The translations under genes were made by a program, and so were the position numbers. Positions 9,188-19,195 of a DNA stretch of 64,000 nt are shown one piece after another. The stretch is from Cenarchaeum sp. (GTDB lineage: Archaea > Thermoproteota > Nitrososphaeria > Nitrososphaerales > Nitrosopumilaceae), in assembly GCA_963692915.1 (NCBI GenBank), contig OY843584.1, positions 896,001 through 960,000 of the forward strand, written 5' to 3'. The notes beneath the pieces were generated by a model. It made no database searches. It was not told where the DNA came from and worked only from the letters and a program-made list of their open reading frames with translations. Each line of letters begins with the position of its first letter. Position 1 is the stretch's first letter.

Positions 9188-11200
9188 ATGCGGCGTGAAT
9201 GGGCGCGCGTCAGCACGGGTGCGGCACGAATGAACCGCCGCATGAGGGGAAAGGGCGGCAAGTCGCGCCTGACCCTGAGCAAGAGCAAAAAGGCCTGGCT
9301 CGCCTTTGCCTTTTTTGGCGGAATAATGCTCACATCCACAGTCGTCATCGGCATACCGGGCATACTCCCGCAACAGCAGGTCACCATAACGAACACGCCG
9401 CAGGACCGCTTTGCCGACGTTGACCGGCCGGCCCAGTGCGGCACGCCGGGTGCGGGCTCCACGCCATACGTGCAAGAGTACGAGATAACTCGGCCGTGCA
9501 CAAAACCGCTTGCGATTACCACTGATGATGAAGGCAACGTCTGGTTTACGCAGACAAACACTGGAAACCTAGCAATGTTTGATCCCGAGACTTCCGAGTT
9601 CTTTGAGTACTATAACCCGTCATGGCCACAGGCCGACTCGATGATGTGGGGCATCGAGCACTATGAGGACGGCAGCATCTGGTATACCGAGGATCGCCTA
9701 AACTCGGTCTGGAAGTACATTGTGGACGAGGGCGCATACCTCAATGTCAGGTATGGCGAGGGAGACGACACGTTCCCGCACAGGATAACAGAGTTGGGAA
9801 CACAGCTCGTCATTAACGACTATACCGGCGGCCGCATCAGCTTTTTCAATCCCACTCCCGGCTCCAACGATCTGGGCTACTGGACCCTTGATGCGCCCAA
9901 CCGCCTCGGCATAACGAGCGAGGTCGACTTTGACTCGTCCTTTGACATGTGGTACACAAACTGGGAGAACGGCGAGGGTGGCACGCTCGTGCGCTTTGAT
10001 GTCGGCGACTATTACGACGCGTTCAACAGCCTGCCTGACAACAGCACGGACATCGACATAGATGCCGACGACTATGTCGTGACCTTTGAGCTCCCCGAGG
10101 GGGCACCGACGATCAACGGAGTCGCAGTCGACAGGTTTGACCGCATATGGCTGTCAGACACGAACAGCAGCAACCTCTACAGGTTTGACACGTCCTCTGA
10201 AGAGTACACAAAGTACACGACGCTGCGGCCGCGCGTGGCCTCGTACGGAAACGCCTCAGGCGCGATTATAGAGCCAATAAGCAGGCCATACTTTGCGGAC
10301 ACCGATGACCTTGGCAGGATCATATTCAACGAGCAGGCAAGCAACCGCATGGCCGTCCTCGACCCGTTCACCGAGAGGCTTGTAGAGTATACGATACCCT
10401 CGAGGAACCCAAACTGGGCCGACTGCGAGGAGGACGACTATGGGTGCGGGATCGCGCAGGTCCTGGGCTTTGACTCTGACGGGGACAAGATATGGTTCAC
10501 CGAGTGGGTCGAGAACAACATTGGAGTCATCGACACGTCGATCGAGCTGCCCTATGAGGTCGAGCTCGAGCCGCAGACAGTCACGATGGGCGCAAACGCC
10601 ACCGAGTCAGTCATCTTGCGCGTCACGATGAACGGGACGGCAGGGGCAGGCCTCAGCCTAGAGATGTCAAGCACTGCCGGCATCTTTGGCGTCGACGTCG
10701 AGGCCGAGGCCGTTGACCTGCACGACATCCTCGGCATTGACGTCGAGGGCGAGCCTGCAGAGCTGCCCGTCAATGCGACAGCCGACATTGCCGTCGAGGT
10801 TCGCGCCGAGGAGGCCAGGGCCGGCACGCACAAGGTGGCCCTCGGGGTGGCCGATGACGACGTTGCAGTCACGAGATACCTGACCATAGTCATCGAGGGC
10901 GAGGATGACGCAACTGCTGCCGGAGAGCCCCTTGAGATAGTCGTCGGCGAGCCCGGGGATGGCGAGGGGGCCGGAGAGCCCCTTGAGATAGTCGTCGGCG
11001 AGCCCGGGGTCGAGGAGGGCACCGGCGAGCCGATCGAGATAGTCGTCGGCGAGCCCGGGGTCGAGGAGGGCACCGGAGAGCCGATCGAGATAGTCGTCGG
11101 CGAGCCCGGAGAGACCGCCGCCGGAGAGTCGATCGAGATAGTCGTGGAGCCGCAGGGCGGAGACGACGCGCCTGAGGGCAGCGATGCGGACTCGCCGTGA
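9188..11200 (+). CDS. Membrane-anchored Vgb (virginiamycin B lyase)-like beta-propeller protein with acidic repeat tail
   Basis: Basic N-terminus plus TM helix; repeated blades (PLAITTDDEGNVWFT, DGSIWYTE, DRIWLSD, DGDKIWFTEW); Ig-like segment then EPxEIVVGEPG repeats. Start uncertain. Confidence 0.8.
   Translation: MRREWARVSTGAARMNRRMRGKGGKSRLTLSKSKKAWLAFAFFGGIMLTSTVVIGIPGILPQQQVTITNTPQDRFADVDRPAQCGTPGAGSTPYVQEYEITRPCTKPLAITTDDEGNVWFTQTNTGNLAMFDPETSEFFEYYNPSWPQADSMMWGIEHYEDGSIWYTEDRLNSVWKYIVDEGAYLNVRYGEGDDTFPHRITELGTQLVINDYTGGRISFFNPTPGSNDLGYWTLDAPNRLGITSEVDFDSSFDMWYTNWENGEGGTLVRFDVGDYYDAFNSLPDNSTDIDIDADDYVVTFELPEGAPTINGVAVDRFDRIWLSDTNSSNLYRFDTSSEEYTKYTTLRPRVASYGNASGAIIEPISRPYFADTDDLGRIIFNEQASNRMAVLDPFTERLVEYTIPSRNPNWADCEEDDYGCGIAQVLGFDSDGDKIWFTEWVENNIGVIDTSIELPYEVELEPQTVTMGANATESVILRVTMNGTAGAGLSLEMSSTAGIFGVDVEAEAVDLHDILGIDVEGEPAELPVNATADIAVEVRAEEARAGTHKVALGVADDDVAVTRYLTIVIEGEDDATAAGEPLEIVVGEPGDGEGAGEPLEIVVGEPGVEEGTGEPIEIVVGEPGVEEGTGEPIEIVVGEPGETAAGESIEIVVEPQGGDDAPEGSDADSP
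10919..11152 (+). repeat. Coding tandem repeat, 51-bp unit, about 4.5 copies ([A/T]GEP[L/I]EIVVGEPGxxEG)
   Basis: Units start at 10919, 10970, 11021, 11072 and 11120; shared core GAGATAGTCGTCGGCGAGCCCGG. Confidence 0.92.
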
Positions 11201-12396
11201 CGCCCGGAATTGACAAGGACATTGGAATCACCGTTTATGCGACATCCTTTGCCGGATGCGGCGGGACGATAAAGGGGGCCGTCGGCGACTTTGCCGTAAG
11301 CGAGGTCCTCTCAGACACGTCATTGGCGGCCATTGGCGCCGAGTCTGGCTATGCCGTGTACGTCATGAGAAAGGCCGGAGTCGACACGCCGCACGCGCTC
11401 CAGAGGATGCGCCGCGCGACGGGAATAAAGCTAAAGGCGCTGGGCCTCAAGGACGCGCGCGCGACGACAGAGCAGTACGTGTGCGCAACGTCAAAGTCTG
11501 CGCGCCTCGCCGAGTACGCAGACGGCGAGGTCTCACTCTCCCCCGTCGGGTATGCGCCACGCCCGCTTAGCGCAAGGGACATGGTCGGCAACTCTTTTGC
11601 CATAGAGGTTCGCGGGCATGACGGAACCCTCGGGGAGTTTTCAGAGTGGGATGACGTGCCCAACTTTTACGCATACCAGAGGTTTGGCTCGGCGCACACT
11701 GTCACCCATGTCATAGGGCGCGCCATGGTGGCCGGCGACTGGAAGCGCGCAGCAGAGGCCATACTGCATTTCGAGTCGCCGCACGGCATCGGCAAGGACG
11801 CCGAGCGGCGGCGCAGGATCGCCGAGTGCTCCACATACGACGAGATGATCCGCGAGATGCCGCGAGGCATGGACATCGAGCGCGGGGTCGCATCCTCCCT
11901 TGCGCGCGGAGGCGACGAGCTTGGGGCGATTCGGACCATACCAGTCGGGATCAGGCGCCTCTACGTGCAGGCATACCAGTCATACATCTTTAATCGCGCG
12001 CTCTCTGAGGCAATAGGGCGCGGCGAGGGCCTCACCGCGCAAGAAGGGGATGTCTGCTATGGCAAGGACGGGAGGCTTGGCCGATGTGGCGCAGTAGACG
12101 GTCCGGCCCTCGCGCTGCCCCTCATGGGCCACTCTTACTATGCAAAGACGAGGTTTGCCGATATCGTCGCAGAAATCATGCGCGAGGAGGGCGCCTCGCC
12201 GAGGGACTTTGCGGTGCCAGACATGCGCGAGGCCGCCGCCGAGGGCGGCTTTCGGACCGCGATGATGCTCCCGCGCGAGGCGTCTGCCGACGGGGGAACC
12301 GTTCGCCTCACGCTGCGGCGCGGCTCGTACGCCACGGCCATCATGCGCGAGGTCATAAAGCCGCAAGATCCCGTGGCCGCAGGCCTAGCGGCCTAA
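11197..12396 (+). CDS. truD: tRNA pseudouridine(13) synthase TruD
   Basis: DFAVSE, GLKDARATTEQ, GNSFAI, PNFYAYQRFG, QAYQSYIFN and LRRGSYATAIMRE motifs. Confidence 0.95.
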   Translation: MTPGIDKDIGITVYATSFAGCGGTIKGAVGDFAVSEVLSDTSLAAIGAESGYAVYVMRKAGVDTPHALQRMRRATGIKLKALGLKDARATTEQYVCATSKSARLAEYADGEVSLSPVGYAPRPLSARDMVGNSFAIEVRGHDGTLGEFSEWDDVPNFYAYQRFGSAHTVTHVIGRAMVAGDWKRAAEAILHFESPHGIGKDAERRRRIAECSTYDEMIREMPRGMDIERGVASSLARGGDELGAIRTIPVGIRRLYVQAYQSYIFNRALSEAIGRGEGLTAQEGDVCYGKDGRLGRCGAVDGPALALPLMGHSYYAKTRFADIVAEIMREEGASPRDFAVPDMREAAAEGGFRTAMMLPREASADGGTVRLTLRRGSYATAIMREVIKPQDPVAAGLAA

Positions 12397-12466
12397 AGAC
12401 AATAGACAAGCTTGACAAATGATTTGCCGTCTCGGCCTTTAATCGCGTCCTGCGAGCGTCTAGCCG

Positions 12467-13156
12467 ATGGCCACGTCATGGGAGGGGCACGCGCCACGCG
12501 AGGGCATAATGGGCCACACGAACCTAGTCCTGTTTGTCGCCGCCGTCACTAGCTCGATAGTCGCGTTTCTCACGTTCCACCCCATAATCAACGCGCTCAA
12601 CGCCGAGTCGTCTGCTGTCATTGCGGCAATGTTTGTCCCAGTGATGGCCATAGGGTTCGTCTATGGCATGAGAATGACCGAGCGGGCCATGCGCGGGGAT
12701 CCCGGAGGCAGCCCGCTGTGGCGCACGATAACAAAGGTGTTCCTGTTCGTCTTTGTCATGGGCGGCATATTCAGCTCGGTCAACTTTGCGATAAACGGCG
12801 GAAGTGTCCCATCCGTCACGACCATACTTGATAATGGCCTAGTGGAGTGGGCCGGCGAGTTTGTCAGCGCAAACGGCGGTGTCGTGTTCCTGATAATCTC
12901 AAGTGTGACCATAATGGCCTCAGCGACGAGGAGAATCGTAAAGCTTGGCGGCAGGCTCAACATGATCTTTACGTTCGTCGGCACGTTCACCTTTGTCATG
13001 ATGCTCGCAGTAAGCCTCACACAGGGAAGCCTGTCTGACAGCGAAGTCTATCTCTATACGTTCTACCAGGCCGGAGTCGTAGGCGGCGCGTTCTTTGAGA
13101 TGAACCGCCTCACAAAAAAGCAAAACTATTGGGAAGACTATCTCAACGGCTACTAG
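12467..13156 (+). CDS. Multi-pass membrane protein of unknown function
   Basis: About 6 hydrophobic helices; TTTAAT box about 25 nt upstream. Confidence 0.8.
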   Translation: MATSWEGHAPREGIMGHTNLVLFVAAVTSSIVAFLTFHPIINALNAESSAVIAAMFVPVMAIGFVYGMRMTERAMRGDPGGSPLWRTITKVFLFVFVMGGIFSSVNFAINGGSVPSVTTILDNGLVEWAGEFVSANGGVVFLIISSVTIMASATRRIVKLGGRLNMIFTFVGTFTFVMMLAVSLTQGSLSDSEVYLYTFYQAGVVGGAFFEMNRLTKKQNYWEDYLNGY

Positions 13157-13506
13157 TAGAGTCCGGCATACTTGGCGCACTCGGCGCTAGTAGAGTCGCG
13201 CTCTGAGCGGCATTCCTCAAATATCTCAGACTCGACCCACGTCGTGTAGCGCTTGCACTCGGGGCTCTCGAGGTCGCCTTCGGCAACGCAGCGCTCAAAG
13301 GTCACAAACGGCATGTACTTTTCGCACCCCTCGCCAAATTCTGACTCGACACACCCCTCATAGTGTGCCGTCTGTGCGCGCTGTATCTGGTCCGCATAGA
13401 GAACCTCCTCGCCGATCGACAGGTGAAGTATGCCAATGACTGCAAGCGAGGCGGCAACTAGAACCATAGAGTATCCCACCTTTGCGTGGTGTCGCGGCTC
13501 GGCCAA
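13153..13506 (-). CDS. Small membrane-anchored Cys-repeat protein
   Basis: TTG start, one TM helix, three C-x8/10-C-x-[KR]-Y units. Confidence 0.7.
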   Translation of the reverse strand: MAEPRHHAKVGYSMVLVAASLAVIGILHLSIGEEVLYADQIQRAQTAHYEGCVESEFGEGCEKYMPFVTFERCVAEGDLESPECKRYTTWVESEIFEECRSERDSTSAECAKYAGLY

Positions 13507-13656
13507 CCTGCGCGCGCGGCTCGCAGAGCCGGATTTAACCCTTTCAGGATTGCCGGCAGCCCAACACGAAACGCGTGGCGGCCACTAGAGCAGGGCCCCA
13601 CAGGCCAATCCCGTCGTTCGCGCCACAGATAAATAATGTAGAATCCGCGTTGCCGC

Positions 13657-14556
13657 GTGAACAAACTTGCGATACTCTGCTTGATGGTGGCAATTCCCGT
13701 TGCCGCAGCGGGCGCACAGTCTGACATACCCGAATGGGTAAAGAGCAACGCCGGATGGTGGGCCGACGGCTCGATAGATGACGCAACGTTCGTCGGGGGC
13801 ATCGAGTTTCTCATCGGCGAGGGCATCATAGAGGTGCCGCCAACTAGCGCCGAGGGAGACGGAGGCGACTCGATACCCGCATGGATAAAGAACAACGCCG
13901 GATGGTGGGCCGACGGCTCGATAGATGACGCAACGTTCGTCGGTGCGCTGCAGTTTCTCATGGAAAAGGGCATCATCACCGTGGGCGCCCAGGATGATGC
14001 CAAAGTCGTAGACAGTGTGGGCGCGGGCATGTCCGATGGCACGGCAGACGCCCTAGAGGCCGAGCTAGAGGCGTGCGAGGAGATCAAGAGGGCACGCGAT
14101 CGCCTAGACTGCAGGAACGAGATCGAGCACAAGATACTAGTAGAGTGGTACAAGGCAAACTCGGATGTGTATGAGGTCGGGCCAATAACGTACTATTATC
14201 CCGGACTCGGAACCGACGGCAACTCGTTTTACATGCAGGGAAGCCAGCCCATACTCGACATCACGATGCTGGCCATAAACGCGCGCGGGGCCGACAATGT
14301 CGCGCTCTCGTGCACGAGCCCGTCGATCTGCAGCTATGACGTGCATGACGGAGCACGTGCGTTCAAGTACACGTCGACTGACTTTACGAGCGGCCAGCAC
14401 GTGATCAGGCCGGGCGAGGCGCGCGAGTTTAACATACTCTTTGGGCCGAACATCGGATATGGCGGAACGCAGTTAGAGTATGACGCCTCAAAGTCGTACA
14501 CGTTCAGGATAGACGAGTCGTTCGGGAGCGCCGACGTTTCACTAGACCTGCAATAG
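13657..14556 (+). CDS. Secreted protein with two thaumarchaeal IPxWxKNNAGWWADG repeats
   Basis: Signal peptide, then IPEWVKSNAGWWADGSIDDATFVGGIEFLI and IPAWIKNNAGWWADGSIDDATFVGALQFLM; C-terminal beta-rich domain. Confidence 0.85.
   Translation: MNKLAILCLMVAIPVAAAGAQSDIPEWVKSNAGWWADGSIDDATFVGGIEFLIGEGIIEVPPTSAEGDGGDSIPAWIKNNAGWWADGSIDDATFVGALQFLMEKGIITVGAQDDAKVVDSVGAGMSDGTADALEAELEACEEIKRARDRLDCRNEIEHKILVEWYKANSDVYEVGPITYYYPGLGTDGNSFYMQGSQPILDITMLAINARGADNVALSCTSPSICSYDVHDGARAFKYTSTDFTSGQHVIRPGEAREFNILFGPNIGYGGTQLEYDASKSYTFRIDESFGSADVSLDLQ
13746..13943 (+). repeat. 51-bp identical direct repeat (13746-13796 = 13893-13943)
   Basis: CAACGCCGGATGGTGGGCCGACGGCTCGATAGATGACGCAACGTTCGTCGG occurs twice with a 147-nt period. 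Confidence 0.9.
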
Positions 14557-14611
14557 GCGCATTCTGCGGCCTAACAAGCTATTTTAAGCAAAGAACTGCG
14601 CGCCCGCATGG

Positions 14612-14712
14612 GCTCCAGTGGTGTAGACCGGTCAAGCATATCGCCCTTTCAAGGCGATGATCTCGGGTTCAAATTCCACGGCGTGTGGGTGAAAGTCCCG
14701 ACTGGAGCACCA
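14612..14712 (+). tRNA. tRNA-Glu(UUC) with a 22-nt non-canonical intron at position 59/60 (14674-14695)
   Basis: Acceptor GCTCCAG/CTGGAGC-A-CCA; anticodon arm TCGCC-CT-TTC-AA-GGCGA; T-loop interrupted by a BHB motif (CGGG/CCCG, TTCA/TGAA, bulges AAT and AGT, TCCAC/GTGGG). Confidence 0.93.
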
Positions 14713-14796
14713 ACCACACCACTGTCAGCGGCGGTTCTTGCGGCGATCACAGTCCCCACGCTAGTCTTAAATCACGGCCGGCGTGGCGCCTGACGC

Positions 14797-15654
14797 ATGG
14801 GGTCAGGCAGCGCGAGCATGGAGGCAAACCCCCTCCTTGGAACATATGGCACGCACATTGAGAGGATCAATGCGGCCCTTGATGCCGAGATTCAAATGTA
14901 CGCCGAGTCCGAGTTTGCCGCACCGCTGCGCTATGCCATACGTGACGGAAAGCGCATCCGGCCCCTCATACTCGTGCTCGCCGCCGAGTGCGTCGGGCGC
15001 GTCGACGATAATGCGTACACGGCCTCGTGTGCCGTAGAGTTCCTGCACACAGAGTCAGTCATACATGACGACATTATCGACAACGAGTCGCAGCGCAGGT
15101 CACTAGACCCATTTCACATAAAGTACGGGTACAACACGGCCATACTCACGGGCGACTTTGTGCTCGGCATGATACTAAACATGTCATCAAAGATAGGAAA
15201 CTCGCGAATCACGCGCGACCTGGCAACGACGGCGATGCTCATGAGCGAGGGCGAGGTCCTCGAGGGCACGCTTGCAACCGTGGCCGACATCACGTTTGAT
15301 GACTATGTCAAGGTGATAAGCTTCAAGACGGCAACGGCGTTTGAGGCCGCCGCGCGGATCGGCGCACTCACTGCAGGGGGGGATGAGACACAGGTCGCGG
15401 CCCTCACCGAGTACGGGCGCAGCATCGGGATCGCGTATCAGATACGCGATGACCTAGCAGACTGGAACAATGAGGAAAAGATATTCAACGCGCTCATAAA
15501 AAAGTGCCCTGATCCACGCGGCGCATTTGACAGGATGGAGACGATGCTAGGCGAGTACGCGCAAAAGGCGCGCGCCGCACTCGAGTCCCTTCCGGCCGGC
15601 GAGGCCAGGGACGGCCTAGCAGGCCTAGTCGACTTTACTGCGCTCAAGGCATGA
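14797..15654 (+). CDS. idsA: Polyprenyl (geranylgeranyl) diphosphate synthase
   Basis: GKRIRP, first Asp-rich motif HDDIID...RR, KTA, YQIRDD. Confidence 0.9.
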   Translation: MGSGSASMEANPLLGTYGTHIERINAALDAEIQMYAESEFAAPLRYAIRDGKRIRPLILVLAAECVGRVDDNAYTASCAVEFLHTESVIHDDIIDNESQRRSLDPFHIKYGYNTAILTGDFVLGMILNMSSKIGNSRITRDLATTAMLMSEGEVLEGTLATVADITFDDYVKVISFKTATAFEAAARIGALTAGGDETQVAALTEYGRSIGIAYQIRDDLADWNNEEKIFNALIKKCPDPRGAFDRMETMLGEYAQKARAALESLPAGEARDGLAGLVDFTALKA

Positions 15655-17122
15655 GGCCGACGGCTGGTGCGGCGCTCTGCGCGAACTGTATGAGCGGGTC
15701 AGGATAGACGCCAAATGCGACCATAAAGCCTATCGAGAATGCCAGGACCGCGATCACCGCGCGAGGCTCGCGCACGCGGGGCTCGCCAGAGTCCTCAAAG
15801 TACATCTTGCGTATTATCCACCCATAGTACGCAAGCGAGAGCGCGCTGTTCAGCACTCCGGCTATGGCAAGCCAGGGAGCCCACGAGACTGTCGCGCCTG
15901 CGTCGATCGCGGCGCCAAAGAGGACGAGCTTGCTCCAAAAGCCGTTTAGCGGCGGCACGCCGGCTAGCGCAAGGAGCGATATGGCGATTCCGAGCGCAGT
16001 TATCGGCATGCGCCTCCCGAGGCCGCGCAGCCTGTCGATCTGCGTGACGGCAAGGACAGTCACGGTGCCGGCTATGGCGATAAAGGCCGCACCCTTCATG
16101 ACTGCGTGGTTTAGCACGTGGAGGAGCGAGCCGGGCAGCGCAGTCGCCGAGTATGGTGCCACGGCCAGGCCGATGAGAATGTATCCGGCATGCCCAATGC
16201 TAGAGTACGCAAGCATCCTCGAGAGGCTCTTTTGCATGATCGCCGCAATGTTGCCCACCGTCATTGTCATGACCGCAATTATGCCAAGCGCAATCGTCCA
16301 GTCAACGCTTAGCGCGGCCATGCCGATGATAACGACGCGGATTGCGGCTGCAAATCCGGCCTTTTTCGTGCCTGCCGCAAGGAGTGCCGTTATCGGCGGG
16401 GGCGAGCCCTCGTACGTGTCCGGGAGCCACATGTGGAACGGGACGAGGCCCATCTTGAAGCCAAATCCGGCCACAAAGAGCGCGCCAGACAGCAGCGCAA
16501 GCGGCATGAGCGAGGCGTCAAGGCCAGCAAGGCCGTTGACGACACCGCCGATGTCAGTCGTGCCCGTGAGGCCGTACGCAAGCGATATCGCATAGACTAT
16601 GAGCGCCGAGGCGAGCGCGCCGAACATAAAGTACTTTATCGCCGCCTCATTGGATGACGGGTCGCGCTTGTTGAATCCGGCAAGGACATAGGTCGGTATG
16701 CTCATGAGCTCCCAGGCGATAAAGAGGACGATGAGGTCATTGGCATAGGCGACCATGACCATGCCGACAGCCGACAGGAGTATGAGCGAGTAATAGACGG
16801 CCGGATAGCGCTTTTCGCGCATGTACGAAAACGAGCTCACCGTCGTGAATATCGCGACTATGAGCATCGCGATGGCGAAGAATCCACCGAGCATGTCATC
16901 TGCAATAACTTCACCCGTGAGGACCTGCGAGGCCGCAACTGTCCCCATTGCGACCTGCGAGGTGACATACGATATTGCCGCAACTAGCGCGCCTAGCGCG
17001 ATCGCCGCATAGAACGTGTTGGAGCCGCCATCGCGGCGAAGGACGTTGATGACCGGAAGCGCGACACCGACTGCGCCAAGAATCGCCGTTATGACAATCG
17101 GGGAGGATAATAGTTCCACCAT
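15644..17122 (-). CDS. nuoN: NADH-quinone oxidoreductase subunit N
   Basis: EAAIKYF, GFKMGLVPFHMWLPDTYEGSP, RMLAYSSIGHAGY. Confidence 0.95.
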   Translation of the reverse strand: MVELLSSPIVITAILGAVGVALPVINVLRRDGGSNTFYAAIALGALVAAISYVTSQVAMGTVAASQVLTGEVIADDMLGGFFAIAMLIVAIFTTVSSFSYMREKRYPAVYYSLILLSAVGMVMVAYANDLIVLFIAWELMSIPTYVLAGFNKRDPSSNEAAIKYFMFGALASALIVYAISLAYGLTGTTDIGGVVNGLAGLDASLMPLALLSGALFVAGFGFKMGLVPFHMWLPDTYEGSPPPITALLAAGTKKAGFAAAIRVVIIGMAALSVDWTIALGIIAVMTMTVGNIAAIMQKSLSRMLAYSSIGHAGYILIGLAVAPYSATALPGSLLHVLNHAVMKGAAFIAIAGTVTVLAVTQIDRLRGLGRRMPITALGIAISLLALAGVPPLNGFWSKLVLFGAAIDAGATVSWAPWLAIAGVLNSALSLAYYGWIIRKMYFEDSGEPRVREPRAVIAVLAFSIGFMVAFGVYPDPLIQFAQSAAPAVGLMP

Positions 17123-17131
17123 GACACCCAC

Positions 17132-19195
17132 CTACACCAGGAGCATCAGGGCCACAAAGAGCAGCCCTGCCCCAAACACGTAAAGATATGACTGTGTGAT
17201 TCCCGTCTGCGAGCCCTGCACGACGCGCGCGGTCCACAGGACCGCCCTCTCGAGGCCGACGTTCATGCCGGCATCGATCGCCGTGCGCTCAAAGTACCTA
17301 AACACGCCGCGCGCAAGCCACAGCGGCGCGACGACAAATGACCAGTATATGGCCGCATTGAGGTACCACCTGTTGAGAAACAGCGCATGAGCCCCGCGAA
17401 AGACTGCGTTGGAGCCGACGAAGCGTGCTGGGTCTATCCATCGCCCGACATAGAACGCATACCCCAGGCCAATGCCAGTCGCAAACGCGGCAAGCGAGGC
17501 GCCAAGCGCTATCGGGTTTAGGCCCGCGAGCGGCCAGGGCAGCGACGAGGCGGCCTCCTCGCCGTGCGAGACGTGTATGCCAAAGGACTCCTCGAGGTAC
17601 CCGCCAAACAGCGCGTGAAGGGACTCTTCAAAGGCGAGGCCCATTATGCCCACGCCGATCGTTATTGCCGCAAGTATCCCATAGGGAACCCACATCGAGA
17701 GCGGGGCCTCGTGGACTCCATGGCCGTCTGACTCTAGTTTCTTGACGTGCTCGCTCTTTGGCCCAAAGAAGACCATGCCGATCATGCGTGTCGTATAGAA
17801 CGCCGTGATGACTGCAGTCAGGACCGCCATGGCAAATATCGGCAGTGCCCACTCGCTGCCTGACTCAAAGACGGCCGCAAATATGGCATCCTTGCTCCAG
17901 AATCCCGTCGTTATGAACGGCGCGCCCATTAGCGCAAGGCCTGCGGCCCACACAAAGACGTATGTCTTGCGCATGTGCCGGCGAAGGCCGCCCATGTCAG
18001 TCATGAACCTCGAGCCGACGACGTGAATGAGCGAGCCGGCGGCCATAAAGAGCGACGCCTTGAACATTGCGTGCGATATGAGGTGGTAGAATCCCGCAGT
18101 GTACCCGTCGACGAACTGTTCAGAGAGGCCCGCGACCCCAAAGGCCATCATCATGTAGCCTATCTGCGAGCCCGTCGAGTATGCGAGAACCTTCTTTATC
18201 TCGGGGTTTACCATGCCCTGCGTCGCAAGAAGGAGTGCGGTGATTGCGCCGACCCATGCTATAACCTCAAAGAACTGGTCGGCGAGGATGCCGGCGGCCC
18301 CGAGCGCAAAGACTATGGGGCCGAGGCGCGCGACGAGAAAGACGCCGGCCTTTACCATCGTGGCGGCATGAATTAGCGCAGACACTGCAGTAGGACCGGT
18401 CATTGCCTCAAGAAGCCACTCGTTTAGCGGAAACTGCGCGGACTTACCGATCGCCCCCCCAAAGAGGAGCACAAATGCGGGGACGAGCAGGCCCTGCGCG
18501 TCCATCGCCGTGGCCCATGCCGTGTCACCGACTAGCTCGCGAAAGCCAAACGTGCCGGCAAATGCGAATATGAGGAACATGCCGGCGAGCATCATTATAT
18601 CGCCGATCTTTGTCATGACAAAGGCCTTCATGCCGGCGTGCGTCGGCGAGTAATAGTCCAGGAGGCCCAAGACCGTGCGCCCCTCGGTGCCCACGTGGTC
18701 CTTTTTCTTGTCACGGTACCAAAAGCCAATGAGCGCGTACGAGGCCAGGCCGACGCCCTCCCACCCAAAGAACATCTGCAGGAGGTTATCAGACAGGACG
18801 ATGAGCTGCATCGAGCCCACAAAGAACATGATCCAGAACCAAAATCGCACAATGTTCGGATCGCCCTTCATGTAGCCCGTGGCGTATATGACGATGAGCA
18901 GCGATATCCACGCAACGACGTTTGCCATGATCACGGCGAGCGGATCCGCAAGAACGCCGGCCTCGAGGCCGATCGCCGATATCCAGCTAGTCTGCGCGTG
19001 AACCTCCGCACCAGAGAGGGCGCCGGGGAGCATCGAGGCCGCAAGGAGCGCGCTTGCGGCAGCACCTGCGATCGCGGCCCAGCCGGGCACGCGCCCGCGC
19101 CACCTGCTCAGGGCCGGCATGATGAGGGCCGCGGCGAATGGCACAATCCAGACGAGCCATGCGACAAGGCCGGCGCCTTCAAACATCTCGGCCAT
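17132..19195 (-). CDS. nuoL: NADH-quinone oxidoreductase subunit L
   Basis: FGWEGVGLASY, GKSAQFPLNEWLLEAMTGPTAVSALIHAATMVKAG, HAMFKA. Confidence 0.95.
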   Translation of the reverse strand: MAEMFEGAGLVAWLVWIVPFAAALIMPALSRWRGRVPGWAAIAGAAASALLAASMLPGALSGAEVHAQTSWISAIGLEAGVLADPLAVIMANVVAWISLLIVIYATGYMKGDPNIVRFWFWIMFFVGSMQLIVLSDNLLQMFFGWEGVGLASYALIGFWYRDKKKDHVGTEGRTVLGLLDYYSPTHAGMKAFVMTKIGDIMMLAGMFLIFAFAGTFGFRELVGDTAWATAMDAQGLLVPAFVLLFGGAIGKSAQFPLNEWLLEAMTGPTAVSALIHAATMVKAGVFLVARLGPIVFALGAAGILADQFFEVIAWVGAITALLLATQGMVNPEIKKVLAYSTGSQIGYMMMAFGVAGLSEQFVDGYTAGFYHLISHAMFKASLFMAAGSLIHVVGSRFMTDMGGLRRHMRKTYVFVWAAGLALMGAPFITTGFWSKDAIFAAVFESGSEWALPIFAMAVLTAVITAFYTTRMIGMVFFGPKSEHVKKLESDGHGVHEAPLSMWVPYGILAAITIGVGIMGLAFEESLHALFGGYLEESFGIHVSHGEEAASSLPWPLAGLNPIALGASLAAFATGIGLGYAFYVGRWIDPARFVGSNAVFRGAHALFLNRWYLNAAIYWSFVVAPLWLARGVFRYFERTAIDAGMNVGLERAVLWTARVVQGSQTGITQSYLYVFGAGLLFVALMLLV

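Noticed and set aside
10919-11152. Regularly spaced repeats as a possible CRISPR array
   Set aside because: Units are in-frame multiples of 3 inside a CDS, have no unique spacers, and no cas genes are present.
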